64,000 bases of DNA from Spirochaetia bacterium (lineage in GTDB: Bacteria; Spirochaetota; Spirochaetia; UBA9216), in contig OZ223270.1 in the NCBI GenBank assembly GCA_965140585.1, positions 512,001 to 576,000 of the forward strand. The letters are read 5' to 3'. The notes below the pieces were generated by a model. It saw only the letters and a list, made by a program, of their open reading frames with translations, ran no database searches and was not told the origin of the DNA. The position numbers and the translations under genes were made by a program. This document shows positions 10,139 to 20,770 of this stretch, piece after piece (the first letter of the stretch is position 1; every line of letters starts with the position of its first letter).

Positions 10139-11794
10139 ATGGTTGAACCCTTAAAAAAGAATAAGAATATGCAGAAACGCAGGGGTCCTGTGGTTCTAGT
10201 CATCATGGATGGTGTCGGATACGGCAAATATGAAGAAGGCGACGGTTTCAAGGCTGCAATGACCCAGAATCTTGATTCGCTGATGAGTGAATGGCCGACG
10301 GTAAAGATGAAGGCTCACGGAAAGGCTGTGGGGCTTCCTTCAGATGATGATATGGGCAATAGTGAAGTCGGTCATAATGCAATTGGCTGCGGCCGTGTTT
10401 TTGCCCAAGGTGCCCAGCTGGTATCTGATTCAATTGCAACAGGAAATATGTTCACAGGAGATACCTGGAAAAAACTAACCGGAAATTGTAAAACAGCCGG
10501 TTCTACGATGCATTTTATCGGACTTCTTTCGGACGGTAATGTACATTCCCATATCAGCCATCTAAAAAAGATGATTGAAAAGGCAAAGGAAGCCGGTGTT
10601 AAAACTGTAAGGGTTCATGCACTTTTAGATGGAAGAGATGTTGGAGAGACATCCGCTCTAGATTATTTCGATCCCTTTGAAGAGTACTGCAGTGAACTCA
10701 GTACTGACGGATTTTCTGCACGTATTGCCAGCGGCGGCGGTAGAATGGTAATCACCATGGATCGCTACGGTGCAAACTGGGATATGGTCCGGAAAGGATG
10801 GGAAACCCACATTCTCGGCGAGGGCAGAATGTTTGCCAGTCCTCATGAAGCTATCGAAACCCTCAGAGAAGAAACCGGTGCGATAGACCAGGATCTTCCT
10901 CCCTTTGTTATTGCAGAAAATGATAAGCCGGTTGGAACCATTGAAAACGGTGATTCTGTTGTTTTCTTCAACTTCAGAGGCGACCGTGCTCTTGAAATAA
11001 CAAAGGCCTTCGAGGCAGGTGATGATTTCTCTGAATTTGACAGAAAAAGAAAACCGAAGGTTGAATATGCAGGTATGATGGAATATGACGGAGATCTTCA
11101 TATTCCCGCACAGTACCTTGTTTCTCCTCCAGCTATAGATAGAACTATGGGTGAATACCTTGTTGCAAGCGGAGTTAAAAGTTTCGCTATCAGTGAAACC
11201 CAGAAATACGGACATGTAACTTACTTTTTCAACGGTAACAAGCTTGGTAAGTTCAGTGAAAGTCTTGAAACATATGAAGAAATTCATTCAGATGTTGTTC
11301 CCTTTGAACAGAGACCCTGGATGAAGTGCGCCGAGATAACCGATCGTGTTCTGGATGTAATTGCAGGAGGAGAATATGATTTTATCCGAATGAACTTTCC
11401 AAACGGCGACATGGTAGGACATACCGGAGTTTTTGAAGCGGTAGTCTGTTCAATGGAGGCTCTGGATCTCTGCATCGGTCGTATAAAGAAGGCTGTTGAA
11501 AAAGCCGGCGGGGTAATGATTGTTACGGCAGACCATGGAAATTCCGATGATATGTATGAACATGATAAAAAAACAGGTGATGTAAAACGGAATGCCAGCG
11601 GCTCTCCAAAGGCAAAAACCGCTCATTCATTAAATCCGGTTCCCTGTATTATCTTTGATCCGGAAGCAAAGGGTGAATACAGTAAAGAGCTTAAGGAAGG
11701 CCTTGGAATCAGTTCGCTTGCTGCCACTAGTATGGAATTCCTGGGGTTTGAGGCTCCGGAAGATTATGATAGTTCAGTTTTAGATTATAAATAA
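10139..11794 (+). CDS. gpmI: 2,3-bisphosphoglycerate-independent phosphoglycerate mutase
   Basis: MDGVG, MGNSEVGH, LSDGNVHSH, NGDMVGHTG and TADHGN motifs. Confidence 0.97.
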   Translation: MVEPLKKNKNMQKRRGPVVLVIMDGVGYGKYEEGDGFKAAMTQNLDSLMSEWPTVKMKAHGKAVGLPSDDDMGNSEVGHNAIGCGRVFAQGAQLVSDSIATGNMFTGDTWKKLTGNCKTAGSTMHFIGLLSDGNVHSHISHLKKMIEKAKEAGVKTVRVHALLDGRDVGETSALDYFDPFEEYCSELSTDGFSARIASGGGRMVITMDRYGANWDMVRKGWETHILGEGRMFASPHEAIETLREETGAIDQDLPPFVIAENDKPVGTIENGDSVVFFNFRGDRALEITKAFEAGDDFSEFDRKRKPKVEYAGMMEYDGDLHIPAQYLVSPPAIDRTMGEYLVASGVKSFAISETQKYGHVTYFFNGNKLGKFSESLETYEEIHSDVVPFEQRPWMKCAEITDRVLDVIAGGEYDFIRMNFPNGDMVGHTGVFEAVVCSMEALDLCIGRIKKAVEKAGGVMIVTADHGNSDDMYEHDKKTGDVKRNASGSPKAKTAHSLNPVPCIIFDPEAKGEYSKELKEGLGISSLAATSMEFLGFEAPEDYDSSVLDYK

Positions 11795-11808
11795 AAAGTG
11801 AGGAATTA

Positions 11809-13260
11809 ATGAGCATAACAGAAGGTCTGAAACCGGAAGCATTCTGGAAACATTTCTATAATATTACCAGGATTCCCCGGGAATCGGGAAATGAGGCAGC
11901 AGTAAGAGAATATGTAAAGGCTTTTGCCGAGGAAAAAGGACTGGAATATTATATTGATTCGATCAAAAATATTATAGTTCGCCGGCCCGCCTCGCCGGGC
12001 TGTGAAAATAAAAAAGCTGTTGTCCTTCAGGGCCATCTTGATATGGTCTGTGAAAAGAACAGGGATAAGGTACATAATTTTGATAAGGACCCGATACCTG
12101 TAGTTATAGAAGGAGACTGGCTTAAGGCTGATGGTACAACGCTTGGGGCTGACAATGGAGTTGCAATCGCCGCCGGTCTGGCTGTTCTTGAATATGAAGG
12201 GCCTCTGGGCATGATTGAGGTTCTGCTTACCGTAGATGAAGAAACAGGCCTTACAGGCGCCCTTAATCTCGATCCTTCGATTGTAAAATCAAGAATAATG
12301 ATTAATCTCGACTCAGAAGAGGATGGTTATATTTATATCGGTTGTGCCGGTGGTAAAAATACTGAAGGATGGATTCCTGTCAGTTTTGAAGAAGTCGATG
12401 CTGATGATTATACCGCTTTCCATATCGAGTTAAAAGGCTTAAAGGGCGGTCATTCAGGCTGTGAAATTCATATGGGCCTTGCAAATTCTCTTCAGCTTGG
12501 CGGGCGTTTTCTCTGGAATGCCGGAGAACGCTTTGAAACAAGACTTACTGCTGTTGAGGGCGGTGGAAAACATAACGCGATACCGCGTGAGTTTTTTGCG
12601 GACATCCTTGTTAAAAATTCTGATGTGGATGCTTTTATTGAATATTCTGAGCACTACAGACAAATAATTACTGCAGAATTTAAATACATAGAGAAGGATC
12701 TTCAGTTCTCTGTTGAAAAGATTTCTTCTAATCTAAAAACCGTTTATAAAAAATCTGATGAGAAAAAGATCTTGAATATGGTATATACAATGCCGAACGG
12801 TGTTATTTCAATGAGTCCTGTTATTAATGGTCTGGTTGAAACATCAACAAACCTTGCCAGGATTGAGCTTAAAGAAAATGAATTCTATGTTCTTACCTGT
12901 CAGCGTTCATCAAGTGACACCGAATGCGATGATATTGCCGATCGTATAAAGGCTTGTATTCTGCAGGCCGGAGGAAGAGCTGCTTTCAGTCATGAGTATC
13001 CCGGATGGGAACCCGACCGTAACTCTGTAATACTCAAAACATCCGAGAAGGTTTTTAAGGACCTTTATAGTAAGGAGCCCGTTATTACTGCCATTCATGC
13101 GGGACTTGAGTGCGGTGTTATCGGTAAAAAGTTTGAGAAATTGGATATGATCTCTATCGGTCCGGAACTTGCAGATGTGCATACGCCCGGAGAGAAGATG
13201 AAAATATCCACAGTATCAAAACTATGGGATTTTCTAATCAGAATACTCGAAAACGTCTAG
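11809..13260 (+). CDS. pepD: Aminoacyl-histidine dipeptidase (M20C)
   Basis: QGHLDMV, GTTLGADNG, DEETGL, NLDSE, GGHSG and HAGLECG motifs. Confidence 0.93.
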   Translation: MSITEGLKPEAFWKHFYNITRIPRESGNEAAVREYVKAFAEEKGLEYYIDSIKNIIVRRPASPGCENKKAVVLQGHLDMVCEKNRDKVHNFDKDPIPVVIEGDWLKADGTTLGADNGVAIAAGLAVLEYEGPLGMIEVLLTVDEETGLTGALNLDPSIVKSRIMINLDSEEDGYIYIGCAGGKNTEGWIPVSFEEVDADDYTAFHIELKGLKGGHSGCEIHMGLANSLQLGGRFLWNAGERFETRLTAVEGGGKHNAIPREFFADILVKNSDVDAFIEYSEHYRQIITAEFKYIEKDLQFSVEKISSNLKTVYKKSDEKKILNMVYTMPNGVISMSPVINGLVETSTNLARIELKENEFYVLTCQRSSSDTECDDIADRIKACILQAGGRAAFSHEYPGWEPDRNSVILKTSEKVFKDLYSKEPVITAIHAGLECGVIGKKFEKLDMISIGPELADVHTPGEKMKISTVSKLWDFLIRILENV

Positions 13261-13275
13261 AAAGGGAGTTTTAAA

Positions 13276-13608
13276 GTGGCGATGAAGAAATCCGGAGTTT
13301 TAAAAGTTATCTACGACACATCATTTCCGGTTAATAAACTGGTAATACATCCAAACACAGGCTTTGAACTTAATTTTATGCAGATAAAATACAACGCAAA
13401 AGCTTTCATCAATACAAATGTAGAATCATTTGTAAGCGGTGATGCGGAAGCATTTTGTGATGTAGAGATCTTTCTTCTGAATGAATGCAAGCAGGAAACA
13501 ATTGAAATTGGTCTTAAAATGTGGCAGCAGTTGGATGAACCCGATAAAATCCTTCTTGTTTATGATGAAGAACAGAACCGTATTATGCTTGCGGGCGGAA
13601 AAAACTAA
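13276..13608 (+). CDS. Hypothetical protein (110 aa)
   Basis: SD-like GGGAG upstream, fills the space between pepD and a terminator; no family recognised. Confidence 0.6.
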   Translation: MAMKKSGVLKVIYDTSFPVNKLVIHPNTGFELNFMQIKYNAKAFINTNVESFVSGDAEAFCDVEIFLLNECKQETIEIGLKMWQQLDEPDKILLVYDEEQNRIMLAGGKN

Positions 13609-13660
13609 AAAAAAGCCGCTTTGGTATTCCTTTTACGGAGAATCAAAGCGGCTCACTTTT
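13607..13660. terminator. Bidirectional intrinsic terminator
   Basis: AGCCGCTTTG (13614-13623) / CAAAGCGGCT (13644-13653) stem with A-tract before and T-tract after, between convergent genes. Confidence 0.75.
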
Positions 13661-13686
13661 AAAACCATAAGTCTTAAAGATTGATA

Positions 13687-14901
13687 TTACATAGCTTTTA
13701 TTTCAGCAGCCATCCGGCGTACGCTTGCAATTGCATTTTCAATATCTTCATCAGATGGAGCTCCCTGCCATTCAGAAGGCTCCATACATTCCCAGTTAAG
13801 GCTTTCAGTAAGCTCTTTAAACTGTTTTTGTGCACCGCCGGACCATCCGTATGAGCCGAATCGGAAAACCTTTCTTTTTTTGACATGACTTCTGTCAAGA
13901 ATATCAATTACATGAGCCATCGGTGGAAACATTCTGTATTCATAAGTGGGCATTCCGAAGATCAACCCTGCCGATTTCCATGCGTCGGCAAGAACCCATG
14001 AGGAATGTTCCTGTGGAACTCTGTGAACATGAATAGGTAAGCCTTCGGAAATAACTGCGTCAATTATAGGCTGAACAAGTCTTTCTGTATTGCCATACAT
14101 ACTTGACCATATCAGGGTTATTTCTTTTTCAGCATTTCCGTCATGGTAGGAGGCAAGTTTTCTGTAATACTCGATTATTTCGGATGGATTTTTACGGTAT
14201 ATAATTCCATGCGATGGAGCAATCACCTTGACGGGAAGTTTTTCAACTTTATCAATTGCCTTAAGAACAAAGCTTGAAAAAGTTGAAACTATATTGGAAT
14301 AGTATCTGAGAGTTTCGCCCTCAAAGAATATTTTTTCTTCAGGAGTTAGCTGATCGTCAAACATGTGTTCTCCGACCTGTCCGAACATTCCGAATGCATC
14401 ACATGAAAAAAGAACTCCGGTTGAGCTGTCGAATGTGACCATTGTTTCAGGCCAGTGTACATTCGGTGCATCTTCAAAAGCCAGAACCTTTCCGCCGCCC
14501 AGATCCAGACTGTCTCCACTGCCTACAATATTAACTTTGTCATCGAATTTGTAGAAGGCCTTAATGAGTGGCGCTGCTTTTTTTGAGCAGTAGATTTCAA
14601 GATTCGGGTTATTCTTTTTCATCTCGGCAAGGCTGCCAGTATGATCAGGTTCCATATGATTGATTATTAGATAATCCAGATCTTTGAGGGAGGTTCCGGC
14701 ATCTGCCAGCTGTTCACTGATCTGTCCGACCGCTCCGTCCCAGTCCTTGACCAGATCGATCAGGGCTGTTTTCTCACCTTTAACAAGATAGGAGTTCAGG
14801 GAGACTCCGTGCGGGATCGGCCAAATTCCTTCAAAAAGGTCCTTATTGCCGATGTTGGCACTGATTCTATAAACTCCTTCTGCTATTGTCACCGCTTTCA
14901 T
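13687..14901 (-). CDS. fprA: Flavodiiron protein (FprA, A-type flavoprotein)
   Basis: NHMEPDH, HWPE, SCDAFG, PSHG and flavodoxin SMYGNT / FGSYGWSGGA motifs. Confidence 0.93.
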   Translation of the reverse strand: MKAVTIAEGVYRISANIGNKDLFEGIWPIPHGVSLNSYLVKGEKTALIDLVKDWDGAVGQISEQLADAGTSLKDLDYLIINHMEPDHTGSLAEMKKNNPNLEIYCSKKAAPLIKAFYKFDDKVNIVGSGDSLDLGGGKVLAFEDAPNVHWPETMVTFDSSTGVLFSCDAFGMFGQVGEHMFDDQLTPEEKIFFEGETLRYYSNIVSTFSSFVLKAIDKVEKLPVKVIAPSHGIIYRKNPSEIIEYYRKLASYHDGNAEKEITLIWSSMYGNTERLVQPIIDAVISEGLPIHVHRVPQEHSSWVLADAWKSAGLIFGMPTYEYRMFPPMAHVIDILDRSHVKKRKVFRFGSYGWSGGAQKQFKELTESLNWECMEPSEWQGAPSDEDIENAIASVRRMAAEIKAM

Positions 14902-14981
14902 GAAAAACTCCGTATTTAACGCTATTTTATTAAAATAATAATACTTAAATTAACGAAATACAAGAAGCGGCGGACAATTGT

Positions 14982-15731
14982 TCAATTCAGAGTTTTAATA
15001 TATTCCACACCATTTCGTATTATATCCAGACCGAAGGCCCTTTCTATTTTTTCCCTTTTCCACATCGGATGGTTTTCAGGACTGATAAAGGCTTCCGGGT
15101 GCGGCATCAGACCAAGTATTCTTCCGGTAGGGTCACTGATACCAGCAATACTTTCAACAGACCCGTTCGGGTTATTTCTGTAGCGAAGAACATCAAGTCC
15201 CTGTTTCTTAATTTTACCAAGCAGTTCTTCTGATGCCGGAATAAAACGGCCTTCTCCATGACGGATAGGCAGATCAATTGCAGTAATATCCTTAAGCCAT
15301 ACGCATTTATTATCATCAAGACTTTCCAGAGTCACCCAGTCATCAATAAAGGTTCCGCACTCATTATGAACAAGGGTTACCTCAGGAGTCCAGCTTCCTG
15401 AGAGATTGGGCAGTACTCCCATCTTTACAAGAACCTGAAAGCCGTTGCAGATACCGATAATCAGGTTCCCGTCAGCTATGAATTTCTCCAGTTTTTCTTT
15501 CAGGTTCTTCCTGAACATGTGGGCGAATACAAGTCCTGAACCCAGATGGTCTCCGAAGGAGAATCCTCCCGGGAAGCCGAGTATTCGGTAATCATCAAGA
15601 ATTGAGGGATCGGATATTAGATCGTTTATATGAACCAGGTCTGCTGAGGCTCCGGCCAGCCTGAAAGCTTCAGCCAGATCCCTGTCAGAGTTTATTCCAA
15701 ATCCTGTTATGATACATGTCTTTACAGTCAT
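14982..15731 (-). CDS. purQ: FGAM synthase glutaminase subunit
   Basis: PGGFSFGD, GICNGFQ, HGEGRF, NPNGS and GLMPHPE motifs. Confidence 0.95.
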   Translation of the reverse strand: MTVKTCIITGFGINSDRDLAEAFRLAGASADLVHINDLISDPSILDDYRILGFPGGFSFGDHLGSGLVFAHMFRKNLKEKLEKFIADGNLIIGICNGFQVLVKMGVLPNLSGSWTPEVTLVHNECGTFIDDWVTLESLDDNKCVWLKDITAIDLPIRHGEGRFIPASEELLGKIKKQGLDVLRYRNNPNGSVESIAGISDPTGRILGLMPHPEAFISPENHPMWKREKIERAFGLDIIRNGVEYIKTLN

Positions 15732-15748
15732 AGTTTCTCCATTGTGTG

Positions 15749-18733
15749 TCAGCTGAAGCTTTTCCAGGACTTTTCGATATCGGAAAGTCCGGCCCGTAGA
15801 CAGCAGCGGTCATTCATGCTGATTACAAGTTCAGATCCGTCATTAACACTGCCGATTTCAGCGAAGGCTGTTCCGCTCATTTCTTTTTCAAAAGCGGGCA
15901 CATACGCCTCAGCGACTGTTACAACAAACCTTGAAGGTGTTTCACTGAACATCAGAACCGATGAGGAATATTCAGCCGTATCAGCCGGAATACTGTCGAG
16001 GCTGATTTCAGCACCGAGTCTTCCGCCGAGAGCGCATTCCGCAACGGCGCATGCAAGTCCTCCGTCTGAAAGGTCATGGCATGATGTGACAAGTGATTTC
16101 TGCATTGCAGAGTGGAGCTTTCTGTAAAGCGCCATTGCTTCATCAGTTTTTACAGCAGGGCAGGCACCAAGTTCGGAGCCTTCAAGCTTTTCAAAAAAGC
16201 TGCCGCCGAGTTCTCCGCGTGTTTCTCCGAGGATATAGATTTTATCTCCGGCTTTCTTGAAGTCGGATGTCATTGCTTTCTTTGAATCTTCAATAATTCC
16301 CATCTGGGAGATAAGCAGGGTCGGCCGTACCGGAATCTTCTTACCGCCCAGTTTGGATTCGTTTTTCATAGAATCTTTTCCGGAAATCAGGGGCATTCCG
16401 TAAGCGGTACATGCGTCTCTGAGCCCCTTGCAGGCACGGACAAGTTGTGCCATCCGGTACTTACCGTCAGGGTTTTCCGAACTTTCAACAGGATCCGGCC
16501 AGCAGAAGTTGTCGAGTGCGGATGTCTTTTCCGGATTTCCTCCAAGTGCTATATGAGCACGATAGGCCTCATCAACACCGCACATGGCCATGTTATAGGC
16601 GTCGGCGTCCCCGTATCTCGGGCAGACTCCGTGGGTAACGGTCACGCCGCGATCGGTTCCCGGTACCGGTTTGAGTACGGCTCCGTCAGAAGGAGCATCC
16701 GCCTCTTTCCCGATAAAGGGCTTGATCACCGACTGAGCAAGAACTTCATGATCGTACTGTCTAATCAATCCTTCCTTGGAGGCAATATTCGGTTCTGCCA
16801 GCAGTTTAAGCAGCATCTCCGAGTTTCCGCTGCAGTCATAGTTGCCAGCAGGTGCTTTTTTAACAAGTTCTCTTTCCGGAGTCCATTCTGCATTCAGAAC
16901 CATTACGGGAAGGCCTTTGTGGAGGAATTCCATTTCAAGCATTCCAACAGATTTTCCACCGTATTTCAGATCTATATAACCACTGTCGGTAAATGTACCA
17001 ATTGCAGTGGCTTCAACTCCGCGGGATTCTGCAAGTCTGATAAACTCTTCAAGAGTATCCTCTGAAATTGCAAGACTCATTCTTTCCTGGCTTTCCGACA
17101 CCAGTATTTCCCATGGTGCAAGGCCTTCATATTTAAGCGGGCAGTCATCGAGGTTGATGATGATACCGTTGCTGTATTCTGCCATTTCTCCAAGTGAGGA
17201 GGATAGACCGCCGGCTCCATTATCGGTAAGCCCATTGTACAGACCCTTGTCTCTCGCCTCAATAAGGAAGTCGCTCATTTTTTTCTGGGTAATCGGGTCG
17301 CCAATCTGAACTGCAGAGGTCGGAGATTCCTCATCAAGAGCAAGCGATGAAAATGTCGCGCCATGTATACCGTCTTTACCGATTCTTCCGCCCAGCATTA
17401 CTGCTGTATCACCCGGATTAATATGCTTAATCCATGAGCCCTCACCATCAATTTCTGCGGGAAGGATTCCGCCGGTACCGCAGAAAACAAGAGGTTTTCC
17501 GGTGTAGCTGTCGTCGAAGAGGAATCCGCCGCCTACTACAGGAATACCTGACTGGTTTCCACCGTCAACTATTCCGCGGTGTACACCTTCCATGATCTGC
17601 CTCGGGTGAAGCAGTCCCTTAGGTATATCGCTTTCAGGAGTGTTTACTTCTCCGAAGCATAGGTAGTTGGTGTTGAATATCGGCCTGGCACCCTTGCCTG
17701 TTCCAAGAAGATCACGGTTGACACCAACAATTCCGGTTATTGCCCCGCCATAGGGGTCAAGGGCTGATGGTGAGTTATGTGTTTCAACCTTGAAACAAAT
17801 CAGGTTGTCATCATCGAAGACTATAACGCCGGAGTTGTCATGAAAAACGGATCGAAGGTAGTCTTTGACTTCTGAAACCTCATCGGTTGTTTTTTTAACG
17901 TATTCTTTGAATAGAGAGCTGATTTTCTCGCTTTTTCCTGTTGTTTTATCAAAGTATTCAACATCAGCATTAAGAATTTTATGTTTACAGTGTTCAGACC
18001 AGGTCTGTGCAATCATCTCAATTTCTACATCGGTCGGTCCTGCCGGAAGACCTTCTCTTTCTCTGATTGCACGGATGTCTGCCCGGTTGTAATAACCTTT
18101 AACGGCGTTCATCTCATCTGCAGTAAGAGCAAGCAGTCTTTCCTTTGAAAAAGCAATAAGCTGTTCATCTGTCATTTCTGATAAATCAAAATCCAGTATT
18201 TCAACAGGACTTGGGGTAATCGAGGCAGGATAAACCGAAGGAAAACGCATTCCGCTTTTCCACTCTTCTGATGAGATCATTACAGCCTGTTCAATAAGCG
18301 GGTTATAAAGATGCTTTTTGAGGTTTTCAAGCTGATCTCCGGACAATTTTCCGCTTTTTATAATCAGCTGTCTGGCTGTCTGTATCACTGCTTCAAGTGA
18401 AATCTTTTCTCCCAGTTCTGCAGAAAGGGCGCTTCTTGCTGTTATTGCGGTGGGATTTGTGACTCCAGTTTTATAGGAAATCTCTATGATATAATCCCAT
18501 TCATCAGCATTAAGCGTCCCGGCATAGGGGCTTCCTGTATAAACTGTCTGTGCAACCGGATCGGAAAAGACGGAAGCAGCCGCCTCTTCAGTCAGTGAAT
18601 CCAGTTCGGCAATATAGATATCCGCGATTGTTATTTTGTCGATTGATGCGGAAACAGATTTTCTGAGACTCCCGGCAAGCCTTAATGCTCGGCCGTCCAG
18701 TCCCGGGTCTTTAAACACTACTTCTGTTCTCAT
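15749..18733 (-). CDS. purL: FGAM synthase synthetase subunit with N-terminal PurS-like extension
   Basis: QTWSEHCKH, KVETHNSPS, DNGAGG, SESQERM, SGKDSM and HDLSDGG motifs. Confidence 0.95.
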   Translation of the reverse strand: MRTEVVFKDPGLDGRALRLAGSLRKSVSASIDKITIADIYIAELDSLTEEAAASVFSDPVAQTVYTGSPYAGTLNADEWDYIIEISYKTGVTNPTAITARSALSAELGEKISLEAVIQTARQLIIKSGKLSGDQLENLKKHLYNPLIEQAVMISSEEWKSGMRFPSVYPASITPSPVEILDFDLSEMTDEQLIAFSKERLLALTADEMNAVKGYYNRADIRAIREREGLPAGPTDVEIEMIAQTWSEHCKHKILNADVEYFDKTTGKSEKISSLFKEYVKKTTDEVSEVKDYLRSVFHDNSGVIVFDDDNLICFKVETHNSPSALDPYGGAITGIVGVNRDLLGTGKGARPIFNTNYLCFGEVNTPESDIPKGLLHPRQIMEGVHRGIVDGGNQSGIPVVGGGFLFDDSYTGKPLVFCGTGGILPAEIDGEGSWIKHINPGDTAVMLGGRIGKDGIHGATFSSLALDEESPTSAVQIGDPITQKKMSDFLIEARDKGLYNGLTDNGAGGLSSSLGEMAEYSNGIIINLDDCPLKYEGLAPWEILVSESQERMSLAISEDTLEEFIRLAESRGVEATAIGTFTDSGYIDLKYGGKSVGMLEMEFLHKGLPVMVLNAEWTPERELVKKAPAGNYDCSGNSEMLLKLLAEPNIASKEGLIRQYDHEVLAQSVIKPFIGKEADAPSDGAVLKPVPGTDRGVTVTHGVCPRYGDADAYNMAMCGVDEAYRAHIALGGNPEKTSALDNFCWPDPVESSENPDGKYRMAQLVRACKGLRDACTAYGMPLISGKDSMKNESKLGGKKIPVRPTLLISQMGIIEDSKKAMTSDFKKAGDKIYILGETRGELGGSFFEKLEGSELGACPAVKTDEAMALYRKLHSAMQKSLVTSCHDLSDGGLACAVAECALGGRLGAEISLDSIPADTAEYSSSVLMFSETPSRFVVTVAEAYVPAFEKEMSGTAFAEIGSVNDGSELVISMNDRCCLRAGLSDIEKSWKSFS

Positions 18734-18744
18734 AATTTATGCAA

Positions 18745-18773
18745 ATCGTACAGTAAAATATGCATATTTTCAA
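18745..18773 (-). promoter_or_regulatory. purL sigma70 promoter containing a perfect 16-bp palindrome
   Basis: Minus strand TTGAAA-N17-TACGAT; AAAATATGCATATTTT at 18755-18770. Confidence 0.5.
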
Positions 18774-18886
18774 TGCAGGAACTTTGTTTACAGCATTTAA
18801 AGATTGGAATAATCTTGAGTAAAATCCCTGCTTAACGGCTTGTCTAACGAAGGCTTTTTGAGTAATGTTGATCGAGTGGTGAATAA

Positions 18887-19354
18887 GTGATGCCTTTGTT
18901 TAATGATGGTTCCGTCGTATGTGATCTTTCGAGTACGGAAAAATATGCAGCTATCCATGAATTGATTACCCGCGCAGACGTTTTCAAAAAAATTGTTAAC
19001 CCGTCACAGTTTGAAGAAATCGTAATTAAACGGGAGAAAAAGCTGTCTACCGGACTTGGACACGGGGTTGCCTTTGCACATGGAAAAACTGAGACTGTCG
19101 ACGGTCTATATGTTGCGCTTGGAATCTCAAAAGACGGAATAGAGTATCAGTCCTTTGACGGAAAGCCTGTTCATCTCCTTTTTGTTGTAGCAAATCCGCC
19201 TGACGGGCATGCAGAATACCTGAAATTAATATCCGCTCTCAGCAAACTCATCAGAGATGATGCATTCAAGGAAAAGGTTCTCGCAATCAGAAATAACGTG
19301 ATGCTTGAAAAGCTATTTAAAACATCACTGGAACAGTTACAGATGAAATGCTGA
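18887..19354 (+). CDS. PTS EIIA-type protein (Ntr/Fru family)
   Basis: RE...STGLGHGVAFAHG phospho-His motif; DGKPVHLLF. Confidence 0.9.
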   Translation: MMPLFNDGSVVCDLSSTEKYAAIHELITRADVFKKIVNPSQFEEIVIKREKKLSTGLGHGVAFAHGKTETVDGLYVALGISKDGIEYQSFDGKPVHLLFVVANPPDGHAEYLKLISALSKLIRDDAFKEKVLAIRNNVMLEKLFKTSLEQLQMKC

Positions 19355-19390
19355 TAAAAAAGAAACAGCCCGGATGGGGCTTTTTTTTTG
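19355..19390 (+). terminator. Intrinsic terminator after the EIIA gene
   Basis: AGCCC-GGATG-GGGCT hairpin followed by a run of T. Confidence 0.65.
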
Positions 19391-19427
19391 CCATAATACT
19401 TTTTGCGGTTTAGAAATTTATTAGTAT

Positions 19428-19463
19428 AAAAAAAATCCCTGAAAACTGCAGCTTCCAGGGATT
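19428..19463 (-). terminator. Intrinsic terminator of lysA
   Basis: AATCCCTG / CAGGGATT stem preceded on the plus strand by an A-tract. Confidence 0.65.
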
Positions 19464-19500
19464 GTAAACAATTCAAAACTAATCGAGCTTTTCAATATGC

Positions 19501-20754
19501 TCAGAGTTCGGGATAATCCAGAGTTGCAAAATAATCATCGACAGTTTCAGCTCTTCTGATTTTCTGCACAGAACCGTCTTCTTTAAGCAGAAGTTCTGCA
19601 CTTCTAAGTTTTCCGTTGTAATTGAAGCCCATTGCATAGCCGTGAGCGCCGGTATCATGAATCACCACAATGTCCTCAGGTTCCATGACCGGTAGTTCAC
19701 GGTCAATAGCAAACTTATCGTTGTTTTCACAGAGAGAGCCCGTAACATCGACAACTTCTTTTTCAGCGGAGTTTTCCTTTCCGATTACAGTAATGTGATG
19801 ATAGGCTCCGTAGAGGGCCGGCCTCATAAGGTTGGCCATTGAGGCATCAAGTCCGATGAATTTCTTGTAGGTTTCCTTTCGGTGAAGAACCTTTGTTACA
19901 AGATAGCCGTAAGGGCCTGTAATCATTCTTCCGGATTCCATTACTATCTTGAGGCCGCTGTGGCCGTTTTTAACAATCTTCTGCTCATAGAGAGCCTTGA
20001 TTCCGTCTGAAACCCTCTGTATATCAACAGCATCCTGTTCAGGCTTATAAGGAATTCCGAAACCTCCTCCGAGGTTAACAAAATCAAACTTGATTCCCAG
20101 CTCTGCAGACAGTTCAATAATCAGGTCGAAGAGGATATCAGCAGTTTCAACAAAGTATTCCCAGTTGAGCTCATTTGAAGCAACCATCGTATGAAGTCCG
20201 AAGCTTTTAACACCCTTGTCCTTCATTTTTTTGTATCCTGCAAAAAGCTGTTCTCGCGTAAATCCGTACTTAGCGTCCTCCGGCTTTCCGATAATTACAT
20301 TTCCTTCCTTAAGCGGGCCCGGATTATATCTGAAACAGATTCCTTCCGGGATACCGGCTGTTTTCTCTAGATAATCGATGTGGCTGATATCGTCCAGATT
20401 GATTATTGCATCAAGGTTTTTTGCTTCAATGTATTCATTTGCCGGGGTATCATTCGAAGTAAACATAATTTCATTACCGGTCATTCCGACAGCCTTTGAA
20501 AGCATAAGCTCGGGTAATGATGAACAGTCAGCGCCCATCCCCTCATCTTTAAGTATGTCCATGAGATATGGGTTCGGAGCTGCCTTTACGGCATAGTAAT
20601 TTTTGAATCCGCCGGGAACCCATTCGAAAGCCTTGTACAGGGCTTTGGCATTTGCTCTTATAGCTTTTTCATCATAGATATGAAAGGGTGTGGGATATTC
20701 TTTTGTAATTTCTTCAAGCCGTTCTTTTGAAAACGGCAGTGTTTTGTCACTCAT
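19501..20754 (-). CDS. lysA: Diaminopimelate decarboxylase
   Basis: YAVKA (PLP lysine), NLGGGFG, ESGR, RPALYGAYH, CENND and GAHG.AMGFNYN motifs. Confidence 0.95.
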   Translation of the reverse strand: MSDKTLPFSKERLEEITKEYPTPFHIYDEKAIRANAKALYKAFEWVPGGFKNYYAVKAAPNPYLMDILKDEGMGADCSSLPELMLSKAVGMTGNEIMFTSNDTPANEYIEAKNLDAIINLDDISHIDYLEKTAGIPEGICFRYNPGPLKEGNVIIGKPEDAKYGFTREQLFAGYKKMKDKGVKSFGLHTMVASNELNWEYFVETADILFDLIIELSAELGIKFDFVNLGGGFGIPYKPEQDAVDIQRVSDGIKALYEQKIVKNGHSGLKIVMESGRMITGPYGYLVTKVLHRKETYKKFIGLDASMANLMRPALYGAYHHITVIGKENSAEKEVVDVTGSLCENNDKFAIDRELPVMEPEDIVVIHDTGAHGYAMGFNYNGKLRSAELLLKEDGSVQKIRRAETVDDYFATLDYPEL

Positions 20755-20770
20755 TCTGACTCCTTGTTAT

